Below, one piece after another: positions 29,069 through 38,192 of a DNA stretch of 64,000 bases (the stretch's first letter is position 1; each line of letters starts with the position of its first letter). The DNA is from Turneriella sp. (lineage in GTDB: Bacteria > Spirochaetota > Leptospiria > Turneriellales > Turneriellaceae), in the NCBI GenBank assembly GCA_965279515.1, contig CBDIID010000003.1:2976001-3040000 (forward strand). The letters run 5' to 3'. The notes below the pieces were generated by a model that saw only the letters and a list, made by a program, of their open reading frames with translations, had not been told where the DNA came from and ran no database searches. The position numbers and the translations under genes were made by a program.

Positions 29069-29765
29069 TATGCGAAAAATAATTCTTCCAGGTGTCTGTG
29101 TCGCCGTCTTTTTAGCGGCCTGCTCCACTTCAAAAATATCCATCCGCAAAGACGCGATAAAACAGATGAAGACCATCGCGGTGATGCCGTTTACTTCCGC
29201 CGTCGCCGATGCGAAGGTAACGCGCGAATGTACCGAGCTCTTCCGCGGCAGTATGCTGACGGGCGGTTTTCAGGTGGTCGAGCGCGAGAAAATCGATAAG
29301 ATTCTGAAAGAGAAAGAACTCGCGCAGTCAGGCCTCGTCGATAACAAGGCGCTCGAAGCCGGTCAGTTCCTCGGTGCCCAGGGGACCATGCTGGGTGAAA
29401 TTACCGCGCATGAAGTGAAATCCGACACGATGGAATCAGAACTACCCGTCGACGGCCCCGGTAAATACGACCCCCGCCTCGACAAGGGCGATGGTGTTTT
29501 TTTCCAGCGCGAAATTAAACCGGGTGAAAAGCGCTGGTACAAGAGAGACAAGCGCGATACCTTCCAGTTCCAGCTTGTCGTGCGCCTGATCTCGAATGTC
29601 GACGGGCAGACGGTACTCACGCTGCAAAATGAGTACCCGGTCCGCACCTATACAGCCGATAGCGGTTCGCTGCGCCCTGCCAATCTCGACCAGTTTCGCG
29701 CGCAGGTGCTCGCACAGATGGGCAAAGACATAGAGAAAGCGCTTAAAGAAGCCCGCGAGCCATAA
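29058..29765 (+). CDS. CsgG/HfaB-like lipoprotein
   Basis: Lipobox FLAAC, IAVMPF, and FQVVEREKIDKILKE..LAQSGLVD...GQFLGA. Confidence 0.8.
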   Translation: MNNNMRKIILPGVCVAVFLAACSTSKISIRKDAIKQMKTIAVMPFTSAVADAKVTRECTELFRGSMLTGGFQVVEREKIDKILKEKELAQSGLVDNKALEAGQFLGAQGTMLGEITAHEVKSDTMESELPVDGPGKYDPRLDKGDGVFFQREIKPGEKRWYKRDKRDTFQFQLVVRLISNVDGQTVLTLQNEYPVRTYTADSGSLRPANLDQFRAQVLAQMGKDIEKALKEAREP

Positions 29766-29793
29766 CCGCCGGCGCTGAACGACAGCCGCTGCG

Positions 29794-30366
29794 ATGAGTC
29801 GTTTTTCCGCGAATCATCATATCCGGCTGCCGCAAGTAGATGTTTTAAGATATGTCGAGGCGTTTCTTTGGAATGATCTGGCAACTTTCGATGTCAGAAT
29901 TCTTCCGCTCAGTAGTGATCCGCCTTTTTTTCCCGAAGAAGTTGCCACTGCGGAAAAACTGCTTTCCCGGCATTGGCTCATCTCACCGACCGACGCCTCT
30001 GGCTGGACAGCGCTGTGGGGTGATTGGGGTGCCTGGCCGGATGAATCGTTGATTGCCTACATCGCCGCCGAAGCAGGGTGTAATGCTCTCTACGGCCACA
30101 ACAACGACCAGACCGACAATTGGCGCTGGATCGAATTCTCGCAAGGTAAACGTCATGCCGAGTATTGGTACACGGGACAGCTTTGGTATCGTTTTCCAGA
30201 CCGATACCCGCCTGAAGCACCGACGCTACCGGAGGTATTTCAAAAAGCGGGCAGGCAATACCTGCATGAAACACCGGAGTCCATGGCCTATCAGCTCTGG
30301 TTTAACAAAGATAGTGGATTTCAGGATTGGCGGCAATGCCTTTGGCAGTATGAGGTGCGCACGTAA
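29794..30366 (+). CDS. Hypothetical Trp-rich protein
   Basis: 190-aa ORF filling the gap on the + strand. Confidence 0.6.
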   Translation: MSRFSANHHIRLPQVDVLRYVEAFLWNDLATFDVRILPLSSDPPFFPEEVATAEKLLSRHWLISPTDASGWTALWGDWGAWPDESLIAYIAAEAGCNALYGHNNDQTDNWRWIEFSQGKRHAEYWYTGQLWYRFPDRYPPEAPTLPEVFQKAGRQYLHETPESMAYQLWFNKDSGFQDWRQCLWQYEVRT

Positions 30367-30414
30367 ATCCATCCCCATTTCGCGCAGCGCGCACGCACCG
30401 CCAATCCCCGGCCA

Positions 30415-31872
30415 CTACCGGTACTGCACAATCAACGCATTGGAACCCGAATAAACGGCGGTGACCGTTTGCCCTTCATAGACATAGCTTCCCGCGGCAT
30501 TGGGATTACCCACTGCAAACAGGCGGGCGTCTTTGCTGAGCGCAAGGCCATTGAGAACCTGGGTTGAACCTGCGGGGCTCGAGGTGGGCAGCCTTGCCCA
30601 CTCGCCGGGCCCCGAGGGATCATACTTCAATACAATGGCCTGCTGCTCGGTCGTGCTCTTGGGCACTAATAGACCGCCGTAGTTCGCGGTAAGATTTCCC
30701 GATTGGATACCTGAAACATAAATCTTACCGCGCCCGTCCGTGGCGACTCCCGTAAAACTAGTCAACGCTACGTCACCCAGCTGCGCCGCTAACACCGTAC
30801 CAGTCGTACTGAACTTGAGCAAGACGCCTTTGGTGGTGCCGTTGGCAGGGGTTAATGTAAAACCGCCATAGCTCGCCGGTCCTATCTGAGGACCCACGAC
30901 ATAGATGTTATTATTCTTATCAATAGCGACATCGCTGAATTGGCATGAAGTACCTCCACCGGGATTTACTGCCGAAAATACCCATTGCACTATGCCAGAA
31001 CTCGAGTACTTAATAACAATGGATCGCACGGTCGTGCTGGCTGGAATTATCGCCCCCCCGGGATAAGTCACAGCACAAGTACCCTGAAGGCCGACCGCGT
31101 AAACATCGCCGAAACTATCTGCCGCGACTGCCCTAAAGGCACTAATGCAAGTGCTTGTAGTGGTGGAGGTTCCCCACTGCGCTACACCTGCGGAATCATA
31201 TTTCACCAAAAGTACGTTATTACCAGAAGCATAACCCGAGTTCACCGTCTGTGAGCCATAGGTGCATGAGGCGACGTCTTGATTACCAACAGCGTAGACG
31301 AAATTGCCTGCGCTCGCTGCCACGCGGTAGAATATGCTGGTACAAGCCGCAGCCGAGGTTGCAGCCCACTCCGCGACGCCAGCGGGATTATATTTAACGA
31401 GTAAAGGACCATTACCCGTAAAGTTTACGGTCGAAAATGTAAATGTGCCAGTACCGCTAATATCTCCGGAGGCGTAGATACTATCGCTACTGTCGACGGC
31501 AACGCCGCGGAAAGCTACATTAATATTGGTGCCAGTAGCCGACTGCGCCCAGACCGCATTACCGTTCGTGTCGTACTTCACGATCAGCGGGTAGCTGCCG
31601 CTACCGCCGCCCGTTACCGACTGGCTACCAAAAACAAAAGGAAGGGTGCCGCTGATGGTTCCGACCGCATACGCATTACCAGCGCTATCCGGTGCTACAC
31701 TTAAAAACGCCGATGAGTTAGGTGCGGTAGTTGGGCTGCGCCCCCAGGCAAATATACCCTGGTTGGTGGGTATATCATCGATTTCCCAAAATTTGCCCCA
31801 GGATTGGCAGTGGAGAAAGAGCATAGCCGGTAAAAAAGCTATGCATAGGTTCTTTTTGGTAAGCGTTCTCAT
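30415..31872 (-). CDS. Beta-propeller (SBBP-type repeat) surface lipoprotein
   Basis: Signal ending LFLHC. Repeated F-x-x-VA-x-D-S-x-G-N-x-Y-A-V-G ... IVKY-D-x-x-G-x-x-x-W units. Confidence 0.85.
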   Translation of the reverse strand: MRTLTKKNLCIAFLPAMLFLHCQSWGKFWEIDDIPTNQGIFAWGRSPTTAPNSSAFLSVAPDSAGNAYAVGTISGTLPFVFGSQSVTGGGSGSYPLIVKYDTNGNAVWAQSATGTNINVAFRGVAVDSSDSIYASGDISGTGTFTFSTVNFTGNGPLLVKYNPAGVAEWAATSAAACTSIFYRVAASAGNFVYAVGNQDVASCTYGSQTVNSGYASGNNVLLVKYDSAGVAQWGTSTTTSTCISAFRAVAADSFGDVYAVGLQGTCAVTYPGGAIIPASTTVRSIVIKYSSSGIVQWVFSAVNPGGGTSCQFSDVAIDKNNNIYVVGPQIGPASYGGFTLTPANGTTKGVLLKFSTTGTVLAAQLGDVALTSFTGVATDGRGKIYVSGIQSGNLTANYGGLLVPKSTTEQQAIVLKYDPSGPGEWARLPTSSPAGSTQVLNGLALSKDARLFAVGNPNAAGSYVYEGQTVTAVYSGSNALIVQYR

Positions 31873-31935
31873 TTTGGTTCCATGCCGGGTTTTTTACCTC
31901 TGCCGTTCCCCGGATTATAACGAGAAAAACTGGTG

Positions 31936-31963
31936 TTGTCGCCCCAGATTATATTCTGGGGCG
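31936..31963. promoter_or_regulatory. Divergent copy of the conserved upstream motif / 9-bp inverted repeat
   Basis: TTGTCGCCCCAGATTATATTCTGGGGCG. CGCCCCAGA/TCTGGGGCG is a perfect inverted repeat, and it shares TTGTCGCC.CA.AT.AT with the 42041 copy. Confidence 0.5.
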
Positions 31964-31966
31964 CCT

Positions 31967-33607
31967 TTAGGCTTTGGGCGGTACTTGGAAAGCGCGCATA
32001 CGAAACTCCTGAGGCGTCTCACCGGCAATGCGCTTAAACTCACGGTTGAAGGCGTTCTTAGACCCGAAACCCGTTTCAAACGCGATATCCAGCACAGTTC
32101 TGTTGGGATCTTTAATGAGCAGTGATTTTGCCTCTTCCACGCGATATGCATTCGTATAGTATGTAAAACTTTGCTTTCGATGCGCGTTCACAAGTTCTGA
32201 CAGTTGGTGCCGTGAGAGACCGAGTTGTTCTGCCGCTTTCTCGAGATTAAACGCGTCGTCATGGTAGGGTTTCTCGTTTGCCATGAACGCCTCGAGCTCT
32301 GTGAGTTTCTCTGTAATGTTTACAGCCTCGAGCTTCGATCTGTAATATTGCGCTCCTTCCTTAGAAGAGCGAAACGCACTGCCGCGCAGGTTTTCTGCTC
32401 TTTCTTCGATAAGATCCCGATACTTCTGAAAAAGATTGAAGAGCAAAAAAAACAAATCCACAGGTAATGCGAAAACCAGGCCGTACTTGATGATTGGCGA
32501 ATAGGAAAGGATACCTGCCAGGTAGGCTGCGAAAGGATAACCGACAATGAAAAAGATACTCCAGCTCAGGACAAAGAACAATACTTGCCTGCCGACCTTG
32601 AAATAGATGCGGATTCCCGCGATCAGGAACAAGGGAACCGCAATCAGGTAGATCACCGAACTCACACCTGCAAAAAAGCGGTTCGTTGTAGTCACAAGTA
32701 CGCCGATCGCGCACATGGCCGAAACCAGGGAAAAAAACAGGAAAATCTTATCGATAACTGGGGTATGTTTGCGTGTGCCCAGAAAAACGCGCGCAAACTG
32801 AAACGAGAGAGGAATGGCGAGTGCGACAAAGAACAGGTTGGCGCGACTTTGCCACCAAATTGCTTCTGGCCAGAAATAATGAAAGGCATTGCCATGGTTG
32901 GCGTTAATCCACATGGTTTGGCTCAAGACATACCCCGCGTAGAGAATAAACTCGGGCAGGCGAAAAACCCAGAATTGAAACAGTGCAATGAGAAACATCA
33001 CTAAGCAGAGCCCGAGAATTAACCAATTGATGGCCGCCTCTAATAGAATTTCGCGCAAGAATTCCGATTCTGAAAGCGAATAGATGGGAAAAGAAATCAG
33101 CGAAGCGGATTGAATACGAATATAGAAGTAAGTATCCTGTGTCGGCTTGTGTCCCGGAATGCGGAAAGCCGGATCTAAGGATTCTGGTACAGCCCAGAAT
33201 CGTTTAGGTACGGTATCACCGGTTTTATGTTCTTCGTAGCCACCTTTGTCATCGGGATAAAACAAAATTGCCGAATCGAGCACCTTCGAAGGCAGCGTCA
33301 GAATGCGCCCTGGGGCAAATGCCGGATCACCCGTTTTTCCCCTGAGCCAGATAATATCCTTCGTGAACTGAAAATTCATGCTCGGTTTCTCAAACCGCTG
33401 CCATGCCGGTGCCGAACGTACGTCTTCAATGCCGAGATTTTGCGTAGCATCCCTCAAAAATTCGAAGCGTGTCGTAGAAGTCAGCTTCGCAGGTTCAGTT
33501 TCGGGCAGGGCATTGAGGGGTAGGCCTGTTAAGCCCAGACAGAAGATCAGGATCAGCGGCTTCGCGGTTAGGTAGTCGGGCACGGCTGCGCCGAGTGCGC
33601 AGTCCAA
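31967..33607 (-). CDS. 7TM-DISM sensor fused to an AraC HTH regulator
   Basis: Periplasmic 7TMR-DISMED2-like part (FLRDAT...F..DIIWLR), 7 TM helices (FHYFWP), and a C-terminal AraC domain (HQLSELVN, YRVEEAK, DIAFETGFGSK..FNREFK). Start uncertain. Confidence 0.9.
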   Translation of the reverse strand: MDCALGAAVPDYLTAKPLILIFCLGLTGLPLNALPETEPAKLTSTTRFEFLRDATQNLGIEDVRSAPAWQRFEKPSMNFQFTKDIIWLRGKTGDPAFAPGRILTLPSKVLDSAILFYPDDKGGYEEHKTGDTVPKRFWAVPESLDPAFRIPGHKPTQDTYFYIRIQSASLISFPIYSLSESEFLREILLEAAINWLILGLCLVMFLIALFQFWVFRLPEFILYAGYVLSQTMWINANHGNAFHYFWPEAIWWQSRANLFFVALAIPLSFQFARVFLGTRKHTPVIDKIFLFFSLVSAMCAIGVLVTTTNRFFAGVSSVIYLIAVPLFLIAGIRIYFKVGRQVLFFVLSWSIFFIVGYPFAAYLAGILSYSPIIKYGLVFALPVDLFFLLFNLFQKYRDLIEERAENLRGSAFRSSKEGAQYYRSKLEAVNITEKLTELEAFMANEKPYHDDAFNLEKAAEQLGLSRHQLSELVNAHRKQSFTYYTNAYRVEEAKSLLIKDPNRTVLDIAFETGFGSKNAFNREFKRIAGETPQEFRMRAFQVPPKA

Positions 33608-33726
33608 ATTACTGTGTCACGCAGAAACGGGTTACCTGAGCAAACCGCCATGTTTATTGAACCTTTAAGTAAGCCAATAGGCAGGCAAAAATTGGAGAAG
33701 CCTGTGCTGCAATAAAAAAAATATTC

Positions 33727-34950
33727 TCATTTTGCGCAGCGCGCACGCATCGCCGTGCCCGTTGAAGATGACCAGGTAATCTGGCTGTTCGAATAATCCA
33801 TGATAAAATTGCCGACATTGTTCCAGCCATAAAAACAACAATTGACCAAGCCCCATGACTGGGCAGCTTCGCGCGTCCAGTATTGCCCGCTGAAGTTTGC
33901 GGGGAAAAGCGCATTCACCGACGGTGCTGCGTAGTTGCCGGCACCGCAGTTTCCAATCTCCGTTAGACCACTGTTTTGGGATGTTGGATATGTCTTGTCG
34001 CTGCAGTGTAGGGTCAAGTGCGCCTGGTAGATCTGCGACTGCAGATTCCAGCCCGACCCGATTGCATTGCAGGCCGTGTTCGCAGCGGCAACGGAATAGG
34101 TACCGGGGCTGCCCGAGCAGGTGTTCGTCGCCGCTTGCCAGGTTTGCCCTAAACTGCATTTCTGGAAGATCACGGTCATTCCCGGAGTATAACCCGGTGG
34201 CGGTGTCGATGAAGAAAGCAAATAAGAAACAGTTCCGTCGCCGTTATCGGTCGCCGTCGCCCACGAATAGACTACCTTGCCGAAAGCCAGTGTGACAGAG
34301 GTTGAAGCTGTCTGTACACCGTCTGAGGCCGTCATGGTATATGTCGTGGGGCCCGTCACCGCGGGGGTGGCTCCGGAAATCGCGCACGTCGCATTGTTCA
34401 ATGAAATGCCTGCGGGCAATGAGGGGCTTATCGAACACGAAACGATTGGGGTAAGGGATGTTGGTGTGATCGGAGTGATGGCTGCTATGATGGCGCTGTC
34501 GTAGCTTGCCTGGGCAAACGCTAACGTTGAATTTACAATCAAGTTGATACTCGCCTGCGCCGATCCATATTCATTTTTTGCTGAAATTGTGTGCAGCGTC
34601 GCCAGCTGGGAAACTGTTGGTGTTCCCGACAAGGCACAGGTTTTTGGATTTAAGGATAACCCGCCCGGCAGCGCGGGGCTCGCCGAGCAGCTTTCGACTG
34701 TGCCTGAAAACGATGCCGTGACTGGCGGCAGCGCTGAATTCACGGTGAGCACGAGATCGTTTGCCGAAAGCACCAGGTTTTTGGGTTTGAGCTTGTCGGC
34801 GATATAATCCTGGGTATTTTCCCGGCCCGTGGTGGCGCTGGTGCAGGCGAAGAGCGACGCAGCTAATAGCCCGGCAGCCGCAGGGAATATGACGTGGCAG
34901 TTTTTCCTTAGCAACTGAGCCCCCTTTCGATTCGTGAATTCACTAGTCAT
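33727..34950 (-). CDS. Lipoprotein with two putative Ig (He_PIG-like) repeats and a C-terminal DUF1566/Lcl (C-type-lectin-like fold) domain
   Basis: Lipobox SLFAC, PALPGGLSLN..TCALSGTP repeats, and DNGDGTV...KCSLGQTW...C.G...FP...YW...RC. ATG at 34950 preferred over 35022. Confidence 0.82.
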   Translation of the reverse strand: MTSEFTNRKGAQLLRKNCHVIFPAAAGLLAASLFACTSATTGRENTQDYIADKLKPKNLVLSANDLVLTVNSALPPVTASFSGTVESCSASPALPGGLSLNPKTCALSGTPTVSQLATLHTISAKNEYGSAQASINLIVNSTLAFAQASYDSAIIAAITPITPTSLTPIVSCSISPSLPAGISLNNATCAISGATPAVTGPTTYTMTASDGVQTASTSVTLAFGKVVYSWATATDNGDGTVSYLLSSSTPPPGYTPGMTVIFQKCSLGQTWQAATNTCSGSPGTYSVAAANTACNAIGSGWNLQSQIYQAHLTLHCSDKTYPTSQNSGLTEIGNCGAGNYAAPSVNALFPANFSGQYWTREAAQSWGLVNCCFYGWNNVGNFIMDYSNSQITWSSSTGTAMRARCAK

Positions 34951-34955
34951 TTGTA

Positions 34956-36170
34956 TTACGGCCCTGTGGCAATGCAGCGCACATGGTAGACCCAGCCGCC
35001 GCCTGTCGTGGCAGCAGACCATATGCCTGCCTGCGCGCTGGCGTTTAGGGCAAAGCTAATCCAGTAGGTAAATGAAGTCAACGGTGGCACGTTGATGTTG
35101 ATGCTATCGCTGGCCCAATAGCGCCCACAGTGCCCGCTGCTACAGGCGGCGGTAATCTCCGTATTGGGAAAAAGGGAATTGACTGACGGAGCGCTGCCGT
35201 TACCAGCACCACAGCCACTTGCACCATAGCTGACTTTGGATTTGTTAGTGCAATGAACCATGGCCGACAGTTCTAATCCCGTAGGCATGCGCCAGCTTCC
35301 GCTGCCTCTGCCCGCAAAACTCAGCGTGCCACAGTTTCCACCAAAGACGCCATAGACACCGGCGCCATATGTCGGGGCTGTGCCGGTGCCCGTACAGTCA
35401 TTGGTTGCTGAGTTCCATGCCTGACCCTGGCTGCATTTCATGAAAACCAGATTCATACCGGCATACCCATCCGCTGTTCCCGTGAATGAAACTGTTCCAT
35501 TCATGTTGTCGCGAAAGCAACCGCGCAAATAACATTCATCGACGCGTATGTTAATGGTTGCGGATGCACTGCCTAAGGCATTGCTTGCAGTGATTGTATA
35601 ATCGACCGGATTCTGGTAATTCGTTGCCGTGCCCGTGATTGCGCAGGTCGTATTATTCAAAGACAGGCCCGCGGGTAGTGCCGGGGTGGATGAACACGAG
35701 GTGACGGTTCCGTTTACGGTTGGCGTAATGGTCCCGACGGATGAGTAATTGGAAAAGGTGAAGGGATTTCCGGCATAGGCGAGATTTGAAGGCGGCGGAA
35801 TATAGATGCGGATGCCGATTTCGGTCGAGGAGAAACCAAAGTCGTTACTGCCTGTAATCGTATATTTGACTTCAGCCTGCGCTGTCAGTGGTGTACCCGA
35901 AATGGCGCAGGTCTCGGCGTTCAATGTCAAACCTGCGGGTAGTGCCGGAGAACTCACGCAACGAGTCAGGCCCTTGCGAACAGAAACGGAAGGAACCTGA
36001 GCCGTGACAGCGATACCCTCGTAAAACGTGACGGTACTTTGATCGTACTGAAGATTTGCGGGTGCAAATCCATCGACGTAATTTTGCATATTTTCACGCC
36101 CTGTGTTTGCGTTCACGCAGGCACCCAGCAGCGCGATGGTGGCGCAAATGATAGATCTGTAAGCTACCAT
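34956..36170 (-). CDS. Paralogous Ig-repeat plus DUF1566/Lcl lipoprotein
   Basis: Lipobox LLGAC, PALPAGL(T/S)LN..TCAI(S/T)GT twice, and DNMNGTV...KCSQGQAW...WRMPT..EL...YW...VRC. Confidence 0.85.
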   Translation of the reverse strand: MVAYRSIICATIALLGACVNANTGRENMQNYVDGFAPANLQYDQSTVTFYEGIAVTAQVPSVSVRKGLTRCVSSPALPAGLTLNAETCAISGTPLTAQAEVKYTITGSNDFGFSSTEIGIRIYIPPPSNLAYAGNPFTFSNYSSVGTITPTVNGTVTSCSSTPALPAGLSLNNTTCAITGTATNYQNPVDYTITASNALGSASATINIRVDECYLRGCFRDNMNGTVSFTGTADGYAGMNLVFMKCSQGQAWNSATNDCTGTGTAPTYGAGVYGVFGGNCGTLSFAGRGSGSWRMPTGLELSAMVHCTNKSKVSYGASGCGAGNGSAPSVNSLFPNTEITAACSSGHCGRYWASDSININVPPLTSFTYWISFALNASAQAGIWSAATTGGGWVYHVRCIATGP

Positions 36171-38131
36171 ACCCTTACTCCTAACTGCAAGCCTACGGAA
36201 TGCTGTAAAATATACGGTTCGCTCGGAATGTAAACAAAATCCGCATGGTAGCGGATGCCCGCCTGCAAGCGTTCGCCCAATTCATAGTAGCAGTTGATAC
36301 CCGCAATCGCCCCGGGGCCGATCGTGCTCAATAGGTTGATCGGTGCCGAAGAGCGCAGCGACACGTAGCGCGCACCCACACCACCAAAGGCAACGAGACG
36401 GGTCTTTTCCAGGAAACTTCCCGGTAACCGAAAGGGATATCCCGCAAGCGCGTTGAGGCCAATGCCGTGGTAAGAGAGCGTATGTCCCGATTCGACAAAG
36501 ATACCCCTGCTCGTGTATAAATCCGCCGTGCCCTGAAAGTATGTATACGTGGCCTCGCCGCCGACGAGAATATTGTAGCGCAGATAATATTTTGCCCAGT
36601 AACCGGCCGTGACCGAGAAGCGGCCCGAAAGTGCGTTGAGCGGAAAACTCGCATCGGGCCGCAGGTTTTCGGCGCGGGCGTTGTTCCCCTGCATGATCGG
36701 GTAACTTCCCGAAACGGTCAGCCAATGCTGCAGCTTCGGCATGCAGTAGAGGCGCAGTGACACGGCTTTCCCCGAGACGCGCGCCGGGGGGCTTACAAAA
36801 TCACATTGCTGCGGCGGTTGCGCGGGCAGCTTCGTGATCTGCAGGCGCAAGGGTTCGAAATCTTCGAGCGTGTCGGGAAAACGAAACGCCGCATTTTCGC
36901 TGAGAGTGACAGCTTCTGCGTCGCCGAGTTTCACGGCAACCTCACCGCCCTTGAGGCCCTCGACTGTGCCCGCGACGGCATAACGCTTCGTGATGCAGAC
37001 GGCAGTCGCATGGTTGATGCCGGTAATCGTCGTCTTACCCGAGCCGTTGACCACAAAGCAGCGCTGCGAAGGTTTTACCGGTTCTTCGGCGAGTGTAAAA
37101 TCATAGGCCGCACCGAGTGCGACCTCGCTGCCGAAGGCGAGCTCGCCATTGGCGGATGTTTCGCGTTTCTTGAGGCCGGCGTATTCGATGTTGAGATCTT
37201 TTCCCTTGAGGCCTTCAACCTGAATCTTCGCGTCGAATTTCCAGGTGCGGATAAACCCCGCGACGAGCTGCGCGGCAGCGGCAAGCGCGGCGTCTTCTGT
37301 TTCGCCTTCGCCGGTGAATGACACGAGCGCCGCCGGCTTCAGCGGCGAATAGAGTTGTACTTCGGTTGAGAATTTTTCCCCGGCTTTGGAGGTACGGGCG
37401 ATGATTGCGTAGGCCGCATGGTCGGCGCGCATGAGTTCGGCGGCGAGGCGCGCCTGCTCCTCTTTCGTGCCCGGCAGCGGTGCTGTAAGCGGCTGATAAT
37501 TAAAATCTCGCGTATCGGGGTCGGCAAGAATCGATGTAATTTTTGCGCCGATGCCTTTTACCTGCGTTTCGGCATAAAAGAGCAGGCGCGGCGCAAAGGG
37601 AATGAAGAGCGCGGGCTTGTGTGCTCCCGCAGGTTTACCCTTTCCCATGCGCGCGACCGATGCGGCAGCCGATTTATCGACGGCGGGAAAAAGCTGGCTG
37701 CTGTCGATCGAGGCCGGTTGCCGCGCGAGCACCTCGAGGCTGTTGTTCTTTGCGTAGTAGAGCTGTGACTCGATCACGAGCGCCTCGCCGCCAGAAGGAG
37801 AAAAACTGCCGCCAAGTACAATATCCGCTCCCGTGAGTGCCGAGAACACCTGGTAGCGCATCTTGCCGGCAACCTTGTACTCCGCAATCAGCTCGAGTGC
37901 CTTTGTGGTCTTCTCTTCGGCAACATCGGTGTACTGGTAGTGGCGGCGCAGTTCGTTCTTGTAGCTGTCGACGAACAGGTTCGATATCCAGTCGACATTG
38001 GGGTTGGGGGTGCGGTTTTCGAACGGGAGAATGGCCACTTTGAGTAGGCTGTCAAAATTCTGGGCGCTGAGAGGATAAAAAAGCCCGCAAATAGCTAATA
38101 AGATCAGAAAAACCTTACGCGGAGGGCGCAT
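36164..38131 (-). CDS. Secreted TolB_N/FlgO-like protein with beta-sandwich repeats and a putative C-terminal beta-barrel
   Basis: Signal peptide, VAILPFENRT.N.N.DWIS, two (V)EGLKG...P..P.Q.C....G......C repeats, and amphipathic strands ending GLQLGVRVW. Confidence 0.72.
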   Translation of the reverse strand: MRPPRKVFLILLAICGLFYPLSAQNFDSLLKVAILPFENRTPNPNVDWISNLFVDSYKNELRRHYQYTDVAEEKTTKALELIAEYKVAGKMRYQVFSALTGADIVLGGSFSPSGGEALVIESQLYYAKNNSLEVLARQPASIDSSQLFPAVDKSAAASVARMGKGKPAGAHKPALFIPFAPRLLFYAETQVKGIGAKITSILADPDTRDFNYQPLTAPLPGTKEEQARLAAELMRADHAAYAIIARTSKAGEKFSTEVQLYSPLKPAALVSFTGEGETEDAALAAAAQLVAGFIRTWKFDAKIQVEGLKGKDLNIEYAGLKKRETSANGELAFGSEVALGAAYDFTLAEEPVKPSQRCFVVNGSGKTTITGINHATAVCITKRYAVAGTVEGLKGGEVAVKLGDAEAVTLSENAAFRFPDTLEDFEPLRLQITKLPAQPPQQCDFVSPPARVSGKAVSLRLYCMPKLQHWLTVSGSYPIMQGNNARAENLRPDASFPLNALSGRFSVTAGYWAKYYLRYNILVGGEATYTYFQGTADLYTSRGIFVESGHTLSYHGIGLNALAGYPFRLPGSFLEKTRLVAFGGVGARYVSLRSSAPINLLSTIGPGAIAGINCYYELGERLQAGIRYHADFVYIPSEPYILQHSVGLQLGVRVW

Positions 38132-38164
38132 TTTGCATCCTCCTCATAACCGAAATCCGTGCTT

Positions 38165-38192
38165 TTGTCGACTCAAATGATCATTTAAGACC
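38165..38192. promoter_or_regulatory. Conserved palindromic upstream motif (putative operator)
   Basis: TTGTCGACTCAAATGATCATTTAAGACC, 25/28 identical to 42041-42068, with the perfect palindrome AAATGATCATTT. Confidence 0.7.

Noticed and set aside
29058..29765. CsgG-like lipoprotein as evidence of a curli system or as a fourth cassette partner
   Set aside because: No curlin-repeat, csgE or csgF genes are present. It is a short lipoprotein without the barrel-like tail and is not followed by a large cargo gene.
33727..36170. Complete diversity-generating retroelement
   Set aside because: No reverse transcriptase and no near-identical template/variable repeat pair is visible in the window.
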